From: Mobula hypostoma
Taxonomy: Eukaryota
Direction of reading: 5' to 3'
NCBI RefSeq assembly: GCF_963921235.1
Contig: NC_086097.1
Span: forward strand, 109,184,001-109,248,000
Length of the DNA stretch: 64,000 nt
Shown: positions 48,685 to 61,694 of the stretch, piece after piece
Position numbering within the stretch: the stretch's first letter is position 1
How the letters are laid out: each line of letters begins with the position of its first letter
Translations under genes and position numbers: made by a program
The notes under the pieces: generated by a model
Told to the model about the DNA's origin: nothing
Seen by the model: the letters and a program-made list of their open reading frames with translations, nothing else
Database searches by the model: none

Positions 48685-51600
48685 AAGGCCAATGAGCCTA
48701 AAGCTTTCTTTATGACCCTATCTACCTGTGACATCACTATCAATGAAGTAATGGACCTGTATTCCCAGATCCCTTTGTTCTACCAAACTCTTCCATGCCT
48801 GACCATTCACTGTGCAAGACCTACCCTGGTTGGTCCTACTGAAGTGCAACACCTCACACTTGTCTGCATTAAATTCCATCTCCCATTTCTCAGCCAATCC
48901 AGATCGCTGTTCAAGCCTTTCCCACTATCCATCACATCTCCAATCTTGGCGACATCTGTAAATTTGCTGATTCAGTTAACCACATTATCATCCAGATCAT
49001 TAGTATAGATAACAAATAAGAAAGGACCCAGCACTGATTCCTGCAGCACTCCACTAGTCACAGACCTCCAGTCAGAAGGGCAACCAGCTCCTACCACTCT
49101 CTGGCTTCTCCCACAAAGCCAATGTCTAATCCAACTTACTACCTCATATTGCTGAGCAACTGAACCTTCTTGGCCAACCTCCCATGCAGGACCCTGTCAA
49201 ATACCTTGCTGAAGTCCATGCAGAAAACACTTGTCTTCATCCACTTTCCTGGTAACTTCCTCGAAAAACTCTAAAAGATTGGTTAGACATGACCTACCAT
49301 GCACGAAGCCATACTAACAATCCTTAATCTGCACATGTCTATCCAAATATTTATATATCTGGTCCCTTAGAATAGTTTCCAAACACTTTCCCTCTAATGA
49401 TGTCAGACTCACTGGCCTATAATTTCCTGGTTTATTTTTAGAGACTTTCCAAAATAGTGGAATAACATCGGCCATCTTCTAATTCTCTGGTACCTGACCT
49501 GCGTTAATGATAATTCAAATATCTGTGCTAGGGCCTTGGCAATTTCTTCACTTTCCTCCCGTAGGGCCTGAGGGAACACCTTGTCAGGGCCTGGGGATTT
49601 ATCCAGCCTAATTTGCCTCAGGAAAGCATAAAACTTCCTCCACTGTAATCTGTAGAGGGTCCATAAAGTTGATGCTGCTTTGTCTCACTTCTGTACTCTG
49701 TCCATCTCCTGAGTAAACACTGATGCAAAAAATCAGTTTAAGATCTCCCTCATCTCTTTAGGCTCCACACATGGATTACCATTCTGATCTTCCAGAGGAC
49801 TAATTTTGTCCCTTGCAGTCTTTTTGCTCTTAACATTTTTGTAGAATCCCTGAGGATTCTCCTTCACCTTGTCTGCCAAGGCAACCTCATGCCTTCTTCT
49901 AGCTCTCCTGATTTATTTCTTAAGTGTTCTTTTCCATTTCTTATACTCCGTAAGCATCTCATTTGTTCCTACCTGCCTATACCTGCTATGCACCTCCTTT
50001 TTTTTTCTTAAGCAGGGCCTCAAAATCTCTTGAAAACCAAGGTTCCTACACGTTATGTTTACCTTTTAATCTGAGAGGTAAATACAAGATTTGTACTCTC
50101 AAAATTTCACTTTTGAAATTCCTCCCACTTACCAAGTACACCTTTGCTAGAAAACAGTCTGCCCCAATCCACTCTTGCCAGATCATTTCTGATACCATTA
50201 CAATTGGCCTTCACTCCATTTATAGTCTCAACCCGTGGACCAGACCTATCCTTTTGCATATTTACTGAGAAACTAATGGGATTGCGATCACTAGATGCAA
50301 AGTATTTCCCCGCATAAACTTCTGTCCCCGCCCTGTTTCATTCCCTAATGGGAGATCAAGTACTCCACACTCTCTTGTTGGGACTTCTACATACTGAAGG
50401 AAACTTTGCAGAACACATTTAACAAACTCTTTCCCATTTAGTCCTTTTACAGTATGGGATTCCCAGTCAATATGTGGGAAGTTAAGATCACTTACTATAA
50501 CAACCTAATGTTTCTTGCAAAAGTCTGTGTTCTCTCTACAAATTTGTTCCTCTAAATCCTTAGGACTACTGGGTGGTCTGTAATATAGTCCCATTAACGA
50601 GAACATAGATTTCTTATTTCTCAGTTCTACCTATAACACCTCACTAGACAAGTTCTCCAGTCTGTCCTGACTGAGCACTGCTGTGATATTTTCCTTGACT
50701 AGTAACACCACCCCTCCTCCTTTAAACCCTCCTGTTCTCTTGCATCTAAAACAACCAAAACCCAGAATATTGAGCTGCTGGTCCTGCCCCTCCTACAACC
50801 AAGTAACACTAATGGCTACAACATCATAATTGCAGATGTTGATCCATGCCCTGAGATCATCTGCCTTTCCTGCAATATTTCTTGCATTAAAATATATGCA
50901 GCCCAGGACACCAGTAGCACCATGCTCAACCTTTTGATTCCTGACTTTGTCTGAGGTCTTAATAATATCTACCTCCACAACCTCTCCACTAACAGTTCTG
51001 ACACACTGGTTCCCACCTCCTGCAACTCTAGTTTAAACCCCGCAGTGCAACGCTAGCAAACCTTCCCCCTTCCAGTTCAAGTGCAAGCTGTCCCACTTTC
51101 TATGAAAGGGAGCTCACTGATCCAAAAATCTGACACCTTCCCTCCGACAACATCTCCTTAACCACATATTAAACTGTATAATCTTCCTATTTCTGGCCTC
51201 ACTAGCATATGGGATGGCTAGCAATCCTGAGATCGCATCCCTGGAGGTCCTGTCCTTTAACTTAGCACCAAACCTCTGAAATCCCGATGCAGAACTTCAT
51301 CACCCTTCCTACCTATGTCGTGGTACATGGAGGTACATACATGGACCACAACTTCTGGCTGTTCACCCTCCCGCTTAAGAATGCTGAGGACTGATGCCCT
51401 GGACCCTGGCATCCGTGAGACAACATACCATCATGGAACCTCGTTCTCATCCACAGAACCTTCTTTCTCTTCCCCATACTAATGAATCACCTGCTCACCT
51501 CTTTTCCTCCCTTCCCTTCTGAATAACAGAGCCAGGCTCAGTGCCAGAGACCCAACTGCTGTGGCTTTCTTCTGTTGGGTTATTCCCTCCCCCCCCCCAA

Positions 51601-52250
51601 CAGTATCCAAACTGATATACCTGTCATTGAGGGGGATGGCCACACAGGTACTCTGCACTGGCTCCTTAACTCCTTTCCCCTTCCTGATTGTCACCCTATC
51701 TCTTGTGTCCTGCACATTGAGTGTAACAACCTCTCTACATGTCCTATCACCCTCTCAGTCTCCCGAATGATCTAGAGTTCATCCAGTTCCAGCTCCAACT
51801 CCTGAACGTGGAATGCTGGAAGCTGCAGCTGGATGCACTTCTTACGCCTGTAGTTGTCTGGGACACTGGAGGACTCCCTGCCTTTCACATCTGGCAAGAG
51901 AAGGATTCCACTATCCTGCCTGGCATCTCTACCATTCTAGCTGAGCAAATATAAAAAAGGAAGAACAATAAACTATGGTGAGGGGGGGGATGGGTAAATC
52001 TACCTACAGCTTTTTGCCTTCTCTCACTCACGCCCCTCCTTGCAGAAGCCTCAAAATCACCACTCTAACTCTGACCACTCCAACGATGGCCGCTCCGTTT
52101 GCCCCTGCCTTACTTTAATCTGCTCTTGCCAATCAAACCCAAAAGTTGTTTGGGCACTGCTCAGAGCTCCCAACTGCCATGAGTTTCTGCAATCAGATAA
52201 ATTGAGTGAGCTAAATTGGAGGCTTCCAAACGCCAATTGAGTGCTGCTCA
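48685..52250 (-). mobile_element. Degenerate CR1 (second subfamily): 5' UTR, ORF1, APE and most of RT
   Basis: VTIRKGKGVKEPVQSTCVAIPLNDRY (ORF1), CIYFNARNIAGKADDLRAWI (APE), and RT remnants to 48700. Confidence 0.85.
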
Positions 52251-52564
52251 AATATAGGCAGGAAAAAAAAAATCAGGATTTCACAACTGGATTATTCATA
52301 ACGTTACACACTGTTAAGAACAGAAACAATAAGAAAGATGAAATGAATGTGTGACTCGAGGGATCATGCAAGAGGGTGGGACTAAACTTCTAAGATATTG
52401 AATGGAATCTCAGAAATTGGGTCTTATTTACATCCAGTCAGCTCTACAACCAACATTCTCACCCTTTTTAAGTATCTCAATATTTTACTAGTGGAGATTT
52501 TATGGGAAACTGCTTATTATGAGCATGTGAAAAGTAATGAATGACTGGAGCTCTGAACTTCTTA

Positions 52565-54060
52565 AAAATTGAACATCTCTGCACTATCTGCCACAAGCGG
52601 GACATCCCAGCGGCAAACATTTTAATTCCAATCCAATTCATGTCCAATGTATGCCAAGAGGAGGCCACCCTCACAGTGGAGGAGCAACGCCTTATACTAC
52701 TTCAGTGTAGCCTCCAACCTAATGGCATGAATATTGATTTCTTCTTCAGTAAACAAATCCCCCTCTTACCTTTTCTTGCCTCGCCAATTACTTCCTACTG
52801 GGACCCCTCCTCTCTCCCTTTCTCCTATGGTCCACTCTCCTTTCCTATCAGATTCATTCTTCTCTAGCCATAAGACCATAAGATATAGGAGCAGAATTAG
52901 GCCATTCAGCTCATCAAGTCTGCTCAGCCATTCCATCATGGCTGATCCTGGATCCCATTCAACCCCATACACCTGCCTTCTCACCATATCAGAATCAGAT
53001 TTATTATCACCGGCATGTGATGTGAAATTTGTTAACTTAGCAGCAGCAGTTCAATGCAATACATAATCTAGCAGAGAGAGAGAAATAAAATAAAACATAA
53101 TATTAAATAACCAAGTAAATCAATTACGTATATTGAATAGATTATTTAAAAATGTGCAAAAACAGAAATACTGTATATTAAAAAAGAAGTGAGGTAGTGT
53201 CTAAAGCTTCAAAGTCCATTCAGGAATCAGATGACAGAGGGGAAGAAGCTGTTCCTGAATCACTGAGTATGTGCCTTCAGGCTTCTGTATCTCCTGCCTG
53301 ATGGTAACAGTGAGAAAAGGGCATGCCCTGGGTGCTGGAGGTCTTTAATAATGGATGCTGCCCATTATTAAGGATCAAAGCCCATCCTTTGATGCCCTGA
53401 CTGATCAGGAAACTAACAACTTCTGCCTTATATATACCCATGGACTCGGACTCCACTAGACTGTGTGGCAGAGCATTCCACAGATTCACTACTCTCTGGC
53501 TAAAAATATTCCTCCTCATTTCTGTTCTAAAAGGTTGCCCTTCAATTTTGAGGCTGTGCCTTCTAGTTCTGTATACCCCCATCATAGAAAACATCCTCTC
53601 CACATCCACCCATCTAGTCCTTTCAACATTTGGCAGGTTTCAATGAGATCCTTCCACATTCTTCTAAACTCCAGTCAGTACAGGCCCAAAGCTACCAGAT
53701 GCTCCTCATATGTTAACCCCTTCATTCCCAGAATTATCCTCATGAACCTCCTCTGGACTCTCTCCAATGGCAAGATATCCTTTCTGAGATATGGGGTCCC
53801 AAACTGTTGATACTGTAAAGCCCTTGACCTTTCCCACCCACCCGGCATCAGCTATCTCCTTCCAGCTTGCCTCTTTCCCTTCGCCCCCACCCTGTTATGC
53901 TGGCATCTCCCCCCTTCCTTCTCAGTCCTGAGGAAGGGTCTAGCATGAAACATCAGTTATCTACTCATCTCCATAGATGCTGTCTGACCAGCTGAGTTCC
54001 TCCAGCATTTTATGTGTGCCGCTCTGGATTTCCCACATCTGCAGACTTCCTTGTGTTTAT
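52565..54060 (+). mobile_element. Penelope-like relic hosting a CR1 (52869-53812, -), which itself hosts a Rex1-like tail (52989-53378, -)
   Basis: EHLCTIC...EATLTVEEQRLI...SLQPNGMNIDF; the PLE 3' UTR resumes at 53818 with a hammerhead remnant at 53923-53958. Confidence 0.8.
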
Positions 54061-54339
54061 TCTTAAAAGTCAGTTTGAGTTGTAAGAATGATCAGTGCTG
54101 AGTACTGGGAAATTACGTTTTGTGTCAGCTGTAAAATGTGACAAAACACTTCTCTGTGGCAGCAAAGAAGCCATTTGATTGCACGGATGTAGCCCAAGAA
54201 GTGTGAGGAATGGGCCTGAGATTAAGAAAGAATCTGTGGTGCAGACATCTCTTTGTGGTCAACCTGAGGGCATGGCCTTTGTTAGATTCTGGATTAAAGT
54301 TTGTGTTTGCATTTGGAATGGAATAAATCAGAAGTAAGG

Positions 54340-56400
54340 AGAGCAGGCAGTTAGTGTAGGATTCCCTTGTGGCTGTTCCCCACAGGAACGAATGTGCTCT
54401 GTTTGCATACTGCTAGTGGTGGGGAGGGAGAGCTGATCATGCCACAGCAGCGGCTGGTCTGAGGCTCAGGCAGAGCAACAGTGACAGGGGACTTGATAGT
54501 TAGGTGGGGGAACAGACATGATATTCTGTGGTTGTGAAAGAGATGCCATGATGCTGCATTGCCTCTGGCATGCTAGCATTGAGGATGTCTCAAATTGGCA
54601 GCATAACACTCTGAAGGGGGAGGGGAGCAGCCAGAAGTTGTGGTGTATATTGGCATCAATGACATAGAAAGAGGGAAGAGGTCCTGGGTAACGAGTATAG
54701 GGATTTAGGAGAGGCTGAAAAGGTAGGACCTTGAAAGTAGTAATCTCTGGATTACTCTGTGCCATATGCTGGTCAACAGGATTTGAAGTTAGTAATCTGT
54801 AATCCCATATTCATGCATAGGTGATACAGTGTTCACTATTCATACAGTGCATGGGAAAGATGTTCGACTGATTGCAAGTCTGTACTGGCATCAGAAAGCA
54901 GTAATAAGAACTAGGGGTGGGAATTCACCGGCAGTTGAGATCCAAAAAAGGGGTTCGCCAGGGATGCATTATCTCTCCTTTATTACTTAACATTTACTCA
55001 GAGGTAATCTTCAGGGTGTTGAACGATGAAGCTGGTGTCCAAATTGGTGGAGTGACAGTGAACAACTTGAGGTATGCAGATGATTCAATGTTGTTAGTCG
55101 AGACTGAGGACGAGTTACTCAGAATAGTAGATAAGATAAATGCTGAAGGTGAACAATTTGGAATGAAAATAAATGCTGCAAAGATGAAGATGATGGTAGT
55201 ATCACGGAAGAAAGAAGTCCCCAAATCAGTATCAAAATTAACGGTGTAGGCATAGAGCAAATCAAGAAGTTTGTGTACTTGGGACAGATGGTCACAGAGG
55301 ATGGGAAATGTGATACAGAAATTAGACGAAGAATTGAGATGGCAAGGTCAACGTTCTGGAGCCTGAGTGATGTGCTGTGTGGCAAGAGATTGGACTTTGG
55401 GCTGTGTTGTAGAATTTGGAAATGCTATGTCTGGAGCAGTCTGTTGTATGGAGTCGAATCGTGGACCTCATGCAAGGAAGCATGACGACGACTGGAGGCA
55501 TTTGAAATGTGGTGTTTAAGGAGAATGCAGAAAATTAGATGGGTGATGAAGGTCAGTAATATGGAAGTGTTGAAGAGAGCGAGGAGAGAAAAGGAGTCAC
55601 TGAAGAATGTGCAGAAAAGGAAGCTGGAATATGCCGGGCACTTGTTAAGAGGTGGTAGACTGCAGAAATTGTTATTGGAAGGGATGATAGAAGGAAAGAG
55701 GGAAAGAGGAAGACAGAAAACCACTTAGTACGATAATGTGAGGCAATGGACTAGGCTGAGTTATGCTGAGGCCAGAAAAAGAGCACAAGATGGAGGTGCA
55801 TAGCAGCCAACCCTGGATTCGGGACGGCACCCACTGACTGACTGAATCTGTAATCTCTGGGTTACTCCCTGTGCCATATGCTAGTCAGTGGGATTTGAAG
55901 GTAGTAATCTCTAATCTCTGCATTACTCCCAGCACCATATGCTGGTCTGGGCAGGAGTAGATAAATGCATGCATGGCTGAGAAAAAAGTCCAGGGGAAGG
56001 ATTTCAGATTTTTGGATCATTGAAACCTCTTCTGAGCAGCTGTGACCTGTACAAGAGGGATGGGCTGCATCCTGACTGGGGGGGGGGGGGGGGAGGGTTC
56101 ACTACTGCTACTCAGGAGGTTTTAAACTAGTTTGGCAGGGGAATGGGAACCAGAACACCAAGTCAGAGAGTGGTGGGGTTGAGAGCAAGATAGTTGTCAT
56201 GGCTAATAAGGACCGACAGGAGCAAGGTAATGAACACAATGGGATTGACAGGTTGAAGTGTGTGCATTTGAGTGGTAGGGATATTATAGATAACTCATTA
56301 TAGATCAGTGCATGGGAATATGATGTTGTGGCAAAAACAGACGGCTGAGAGTGGAACAGGAATGTGTTATTAATGTTACAGAGTTTCAATGTTTTGCATA
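54340..56400 (+). mobile_element. Old CR1 ORF1/ORF2-junction relic (third subfamily), interrupted by an RTE
   Basis: EQPEVVVYIGINDI, VVISGLL, LYKRDGLH, TTTAAACTAG and LKCVHL. Confidence 0.7.
54805..55844 (+). mobile_element. 5'-truncated RTE-clade LINE
   Basis: GVRQGCIISPLLLNIY, NNLRYADD, YLGQMVTEDG, EAFEMWCLRRM, EGMIEGKRERGR; (ACTG)n tail; 11-bp TSD AATCTGTAATC (54794-54804, 55845-55855). Confidence 0.92.
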
Positions 56401-56434
56401 ACCTCATACAGATCAATTCATGGTACTTCATGAA

Positions 56435-56685
56435 TGCTCACAAACTCCGCAGGTCAGACAGCAACTATGGAAATGAATAAGCAGTCGATGGTTCAGGCCA
56501 AGACCCTTCTACAGGACTGGAAAGGAAGAGGGTAGATGCCAGAATAAAAAGGTGGGGGGAGGGGAAGCAGCACTAGCTAGAAGGTGAAGCCAGCTGGGTG
56601 GGAAAGGTAAAGGGCTAGAGAGGAAGGAATCTGATAAGAGAGGAGAGTGGACCATGGGAGAAAGGGACGGAGAAGGGGCATCAAT
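56435..56685 (-). mobile_element. Penelope-like 3' UTR relic with hammerhead remnant (56482-56519)
   Basis: Reverse complement reads CAGTCCTGTAGAAGGGTCTTGGCCTGAACCATCGACTG. Confidence 0.75.
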
Positions 56686-57044
56686 ATTACATATTGATTT
56701 AAGCAAGATGTTTAATTCTGTAAAGTTGATGAAAGTTTCAATACAATAAGATTTAAGATTAGTTTAATTTTAAAGAACAAGTTAGGTAAGTGGGTGGTTA
56801 CTTAAGCCCGAAGAAAGGAATTTTTACTTGCAAAGAGTGGGTGTACTTCTGGAATGGGGACATTATGGATGCTGGATCTCTGGAAGTATCTAAGGATGAG
56901 AAGGGCCTGTGCTTATATATATTTTATAATTGATGTTGATAAATGTTTGAAAGATTGAGGAATTGAAAGCCATGGTGAACTCAGGGATCCAGTTGCAGAG
57001 GCTGGTGATGACTTCGAGATCTCAGAGTTTGTTGAAGAGCTTGA

Positions 57045-57558
57045 CCATAATACCATAAGACATAAGAGCAGAATTAAGTTGTTCAGCCCACTGAGTCTGC
57101 TCTGCGATTCCATCATGGCTGATTTATCATCCCTCTCAATCTCATTCACCTGTCTGCTCCCTGTAACCTTTGACACCCTGATTAATCAAGAACCTATGAA
57201 ACTCCACTTTAAATATACCCAATGGCTTGACCTCCACAGCCATCTGTGGCAATGGGCAATGAATTCCAGATTCACCACCCTACAGCTAAAGAAATTCCTC
57301 CTCAACACTGTTCTAAAGGGATGTCTCTCTATTTTGAGGCTGTGGCCTCTAGTCCTAGACTCCCCCACTATAGGACACATCCTCTCCATATGTACTCTAT
57401 CTAGGCCTTTCAATATTCAATCAGTTTCAATGAGATCCACCCTCATTCTTCTAAACTCCAGTGAGTACAGGCCCAGAGCCATCAAATGCTCCTCATACAT
57501 ACATTAACCCTTTCATTTCTGGAATAATTCTCATGAACCTCCTCTGGATGCTCTCCAG
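57045..57558 (-). mobile_element. CR1 3' fragment
   Basis: KGLDRVHMERMCPIVGESRTRGHSLKIERHPFRT. Confidence 0.85.
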
Positions 57559-57559
57559 G

Positions 57560-59390
57560 GATAGTCAACATGGCATTGTTCAGGGCTGGTCATTTCTTAC
57601 TTGGTTGTGTTTTTTTGAGGAGGCGATGGAGCAGATTGATGAAGATCGAGCTGTGGATGTTGTCTGCATGGATTTTAGTAAGGCTTTGACAAGATCCTTT
57701 GTGGCAAGCTTTAGAAGTTGAAGACTCATTGGATTCAGAGTGAATTGATTGTTTGAATGCAGAATTGGCTTGCCTATAGAAGATAGAGTGGAGTAGTTGA
57801 TGGAACTTATTCTGGATGGAGGCTTATAACTAGTGCTGTTCCACACAGATCTGTATTGGGACCTCTGCTGTTTGTGATACATGACCTGAATGAAAACATA
57901 GATGGGTAGGTTAGTGCATTCGCAGACAGTATAAAGATTGATCATGTTGTGGATAGCATAGTAGACTGGTGAAGGATACAGCAGAATATTGATCAGCTGT
58001 AGAAATGGCAGATGGAGTTTAACCTGGCCAAATGTGAAATGTTGCACTTTGAGCGATCAAAAGTAAGGAGACAGAAAACTGTCAGTTTCAAGACTTTTAA
58101 CAGTGTTGAGAATAGAGGGATTTTGAGGTCCAAGTTCATAGCTTTCTGAAAGTGGCTACACAGATAGATAGTGGTTAAGAAGGTATATAGTATGCTTCTT
58201 AACCACTCTATTGAACACCTCCGGACCATCTGCCAAAAGCCGAACTTCCTGTGGCCAAACATTAATTCCAATTCCCATTCCAACATGTCCGTCCATGGCT
58301 TCCTCTTGTGCCATGATGAGGCCACCCTCAGGGTGGAGAAGCAACACCTTATATTCTGTCTGGGTAGCCTCCAACCTGATGGCATGAATATTGATTTTTC
58401 CTTCTGGTAAAAAAAAAATCCCCCCCCCCAACCTCTTCTTCTATTCCACACTTTGGCATCTTACCTGCCCATCATCTCCACCTGATGTCTCTCCTTCCCT
58501 TTCTCCCATGATGCACTCTCTTCTTCTATCAGGTTCCTTCCTCTCAAGCCTTGCCTAACCACCTGGTTTCACATATCACTTTCTAGCTATCCTCCTTTCC
58601 CTCCCCCACCTTTTGATTCTGGTGTCTTCCCCCTTCCTTTCCAGTCCCGAAGAAGAGTCTCAGCTTGAAATATTGACTGTCTTTTCATTTCAATAAATGC
58701 TGCCTGACCTGCTGAGCTCCTCCAGCATTTTGTATGTGTTGCTCTGGATTTCCAGCATCTGCAGATTTTCTGGTGTAAATGGTATGCTTGCCTTTGTTAG
58801 TCAAGGAGCTGAGATCAAGAGTCAGGTTGTTACATTGCAGGTCTATAGTCAGGCTGCTTCTGGAGTATTCATTCAGTTCAGCTTGTCCATTATAGGGAGG
58901 ATGTGGAGGCTCTGGAGAGGATGCAGAAGAGGGTTACGAGGATGCTGCCTGAATTAGAGGGCACATGTTATAAGGAGAGGGAGGACAGTTGTACTTGTTT
59001 TCTCTGGAAAGGCAAATGCTGAGGGAAAATCTAATGGAGGTTTATATGATTATAAGAGGGATAAAAAGAGTAAAGAGATTCCTCATTCCAGGGTCGAAAG
59101 GTCTGATATTAGAGGGCATGCATTTAAGGCGAGAGGGGTTAGGTTTGGAGGAAGCTTTTACCGCCCCCCTCCCCAGTGTGTACTTGGAATGTGCTGCCTT
59201 GGGTGGTGGTAGAGGCAAATACAATAGAAGCATTTAAGAGACTCTCAGATAGGTACATGAATGTGTAGGAAATGGAAGGAAGTGGACATTATGCAGGCAG
59301 AAGGCATTAGTTTAGCTGGACATTTGATTACTAATTAAATTAGTTTTGCAGAACATTATGTCCTGAAGTGCCTGTTCTTATGCTACTTCC
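57560..59390 (+). mobile_element. Degenerate CR1 RT and 3' end with a Penelope insertion
   Basis: AVDVVCMDFSKAL, KWQMEFN, FSLERQMLR. Confidence 0.75.
58200..58775 (+). mobile_element. Penelope-like 3' fragment (GIY-YIG end, 3' UTR, hammerhead remnant at 58642-58679)
   Basis: EHLRTICQK...SHSNMSVHGFLLCHDEATLRVEKQHLIFCLGSLQPDGMNIDF. Confidence 0.85.
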
Positions 59391-59731
59391 TACGTTGAAA
59401 ACTGGTTGGCATTTTGAAAGATTGCACATGACCAAAATGGAATGAATGTAGAAGTCAATCTGTAGAGTAATCAAAAAGAGAGCCCAATGCATTATTAAAT
59501 AGCAATAATACGTGTATGCCAAAGGAAGTATAACATTTTTGGTGATTGTAAATTCTGCAGTTAACTTTATGGATTCAATGAACTCACTTTCCAACATGCT
59601 GTGGTTCAGCATGCAAAAATATAGTCTCAGTAATAGTAAAGCCTTGAGAAGATTTGAAGTGCTACAGCTGAAGATCAAAGATTTTTGTGTGATTTTCATG
59701 ACTGCACTTACTGCCCACCTTTATGACTTTG

Positions 59732-60012
59732 ATTTTTATTTATTGAGATACAGCGTGGAATAGGTTGTTTCGTCTCTTCGAGCCACACCGACCAGCAACC
59801 CCTAGTTTAGCCCTAGCCTAATCACAGGACAGTTTACAATGACCAATTAAACTACCAACCAATATGCCTTTGGGCTGTGGGTGGAAACCGGAGCATCCAG
59901 AGGAAACCCATGTGGTCACAGGGAGAACCTACAAACTCCTCACAGACAGCAGTGTGAACTGAACCTGGGTTATCTGTAGAGCGCTGAGCTAACCACTACA
60001 CTACTATGCCAC
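59732..60012 (-). mobile_element. Full-length HE1-like tRNA-derived V-SINE
   Basis: Reverse complement has GGCATAGTAGTGTAGTGG (A box), GGTTCAGTTC (B box), the GGGTTTCCTCTGGATGCTCCGGTTTCC core and an AATAAAT tail. Confidence 0.8.
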
Positions 60013-60349
60013 TCTGTAGGGATGACCTCTGCCCTGCCCTTGTGAAGACCAAGTCCCATCTTGATCTGACTCTTCACCCTCAGATGAAAGTTTGTGTTTC
60101 ACTGTGCCAATCCATTCATGATTTCTGAGAGCAAATTTATGGCTCTTTATTCAACTGTGTAAGGCAATGTGTTCTAGTTGCCAGCAGGTGTCTTCTGAGT
60201 ATGGCTGTGCCCCAGAGAACTATTATAAACTTGTGCAAATTTTCAGGATTTATTTGAGCAGCAATTCTCCTGCTTTCATAAATATCAGGGAACAAGAAAA
60301 TGAAATTGTTCATGAACTCATTTTCAACTAACCAGAAACAATGGTATTA

Positions 60350-60645
60350 AGTAACACACACAAAATGCTGTAAGAATTCAGCAAGTCAGGCAGCATCTAT
60401 GCACAGGAATAAGCAGCTAATGTTTCAGGGCAAGAACCTTCATTAAGACTGGAAAGGAAGGGGGAAGAAGCCAGAGTAAGGATGTGGGGATGGGAAAGTA
60501 GTTCAGGCTGCTGGGTGAAGGGTGAAACCAGGAGAAAGAGAAGATGGGTGGATGTGGAGAGAGGGATGAAGTGAGAAGCTAGGAGGTGATAGGTCAAAGA
60601 GGAAAGGGAGTGAAAAAGAAGGAATCAGCTAGGAGAGTGGACAGT
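60350..60645 (-). mobile_element. Penelope-like 3' UTR relic with hammerhead remnant (60414-60451)
   Basis: Reverse complement reads CAGTCTTAATGAAGGTTCTTGCCCTGAAACATTAGCTG...AGATGCTGCCTGACTTGCTG. Confidence 0.7.
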
Positions 60646-60769
60646 TTGAATAAGTTGTCTGGATCTGGAAAAGTTTATGGAACTGTGATAAAGAGCCTTG
60701 GACTTCTTTTCCCCCTTTTGCCAAAACATTAATTTGACAGCAGACTGTTTATCTACACTATTTCAACAT

Positions 60770-61345
60770 AATAGAGTCATAGAATATACGAGCAAGGAAT
60801 TTATAGTACAATTTTATGAAACATTGCCTTGGTCACAGCTGTTAAATGTGCAGTTCTGCTCATCATATTTAATGGAAGGATGTGGTTGCACTGGAGAACA
60901 TGCAGTGGAGATTCACCATGATTCTACCTGGGCTATAGTGTTTCAGTTATGATAAAGATTGAATAGGCTGTGTTTGGTTTATCTGGAATGGAGGAGTTGA
61001 AAGGCATTCTGATGGAGGTACACATTATCTGAGGTGACTCATTTTACGAAGGGGTAGTTAGCAGGAAACTTTTCTCCAAGGCAGAGGCATCTATAGGAAG
61101 AAGGTCTAGTGATAAGGTAAGATATAAGAAGTTAGGAAAATGGTTTTCCATCAGAGGGAGATTGGGACCTGGAACACACCACCTGATGGATGGAGGAGGC
61201 ATTTACTATCATAACATCTAGAACACACTGGAATTGCAAAGGCAGAAAAGGTTACAGACCAGTGATGGCAAATGGGATGAGCATAGATGGGTAATTGATG
61301 GTTAGGGTGAAGGGCATGTTTCTCTGCCGTAAGACTCTATAACTA
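60770..61345 (+). mobile_element. Very old CR1 3' fragment
   Basis: IEYTSKEFIVQFYETL...NVQFCS resembles [29 protein letters not shown]. Confidence 0.55.
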
Positions 61346-61694
61346 TAAATCAGAATATAAATCTTGCCATGATAGTAGGTCTGACAAAGTTGGAGATAAA
61401 ATCTGACAATCCTAAAACAGATCCCCAAATACATTGCCACTTAGCACATTGTTCCTTAAAAGAACCATGGATTTGTATTGTTTTCATAATTACTATGCCG
61501 ATTTAATTTGTAAGACACCAAATATATAGCAGGTATGTTTATAATCAATATCAAGTTGCTGGCTAGTTGAACTAGAGATTATTTGAGATTGATAGATGCA
61601 AACTTTGCTGTCATATGCATAAAACCACCCGTCGATCATCACTGCATTTCATAAAAATAATGAAACCATTATGTGCTTCTAGTTCAATAAACAT

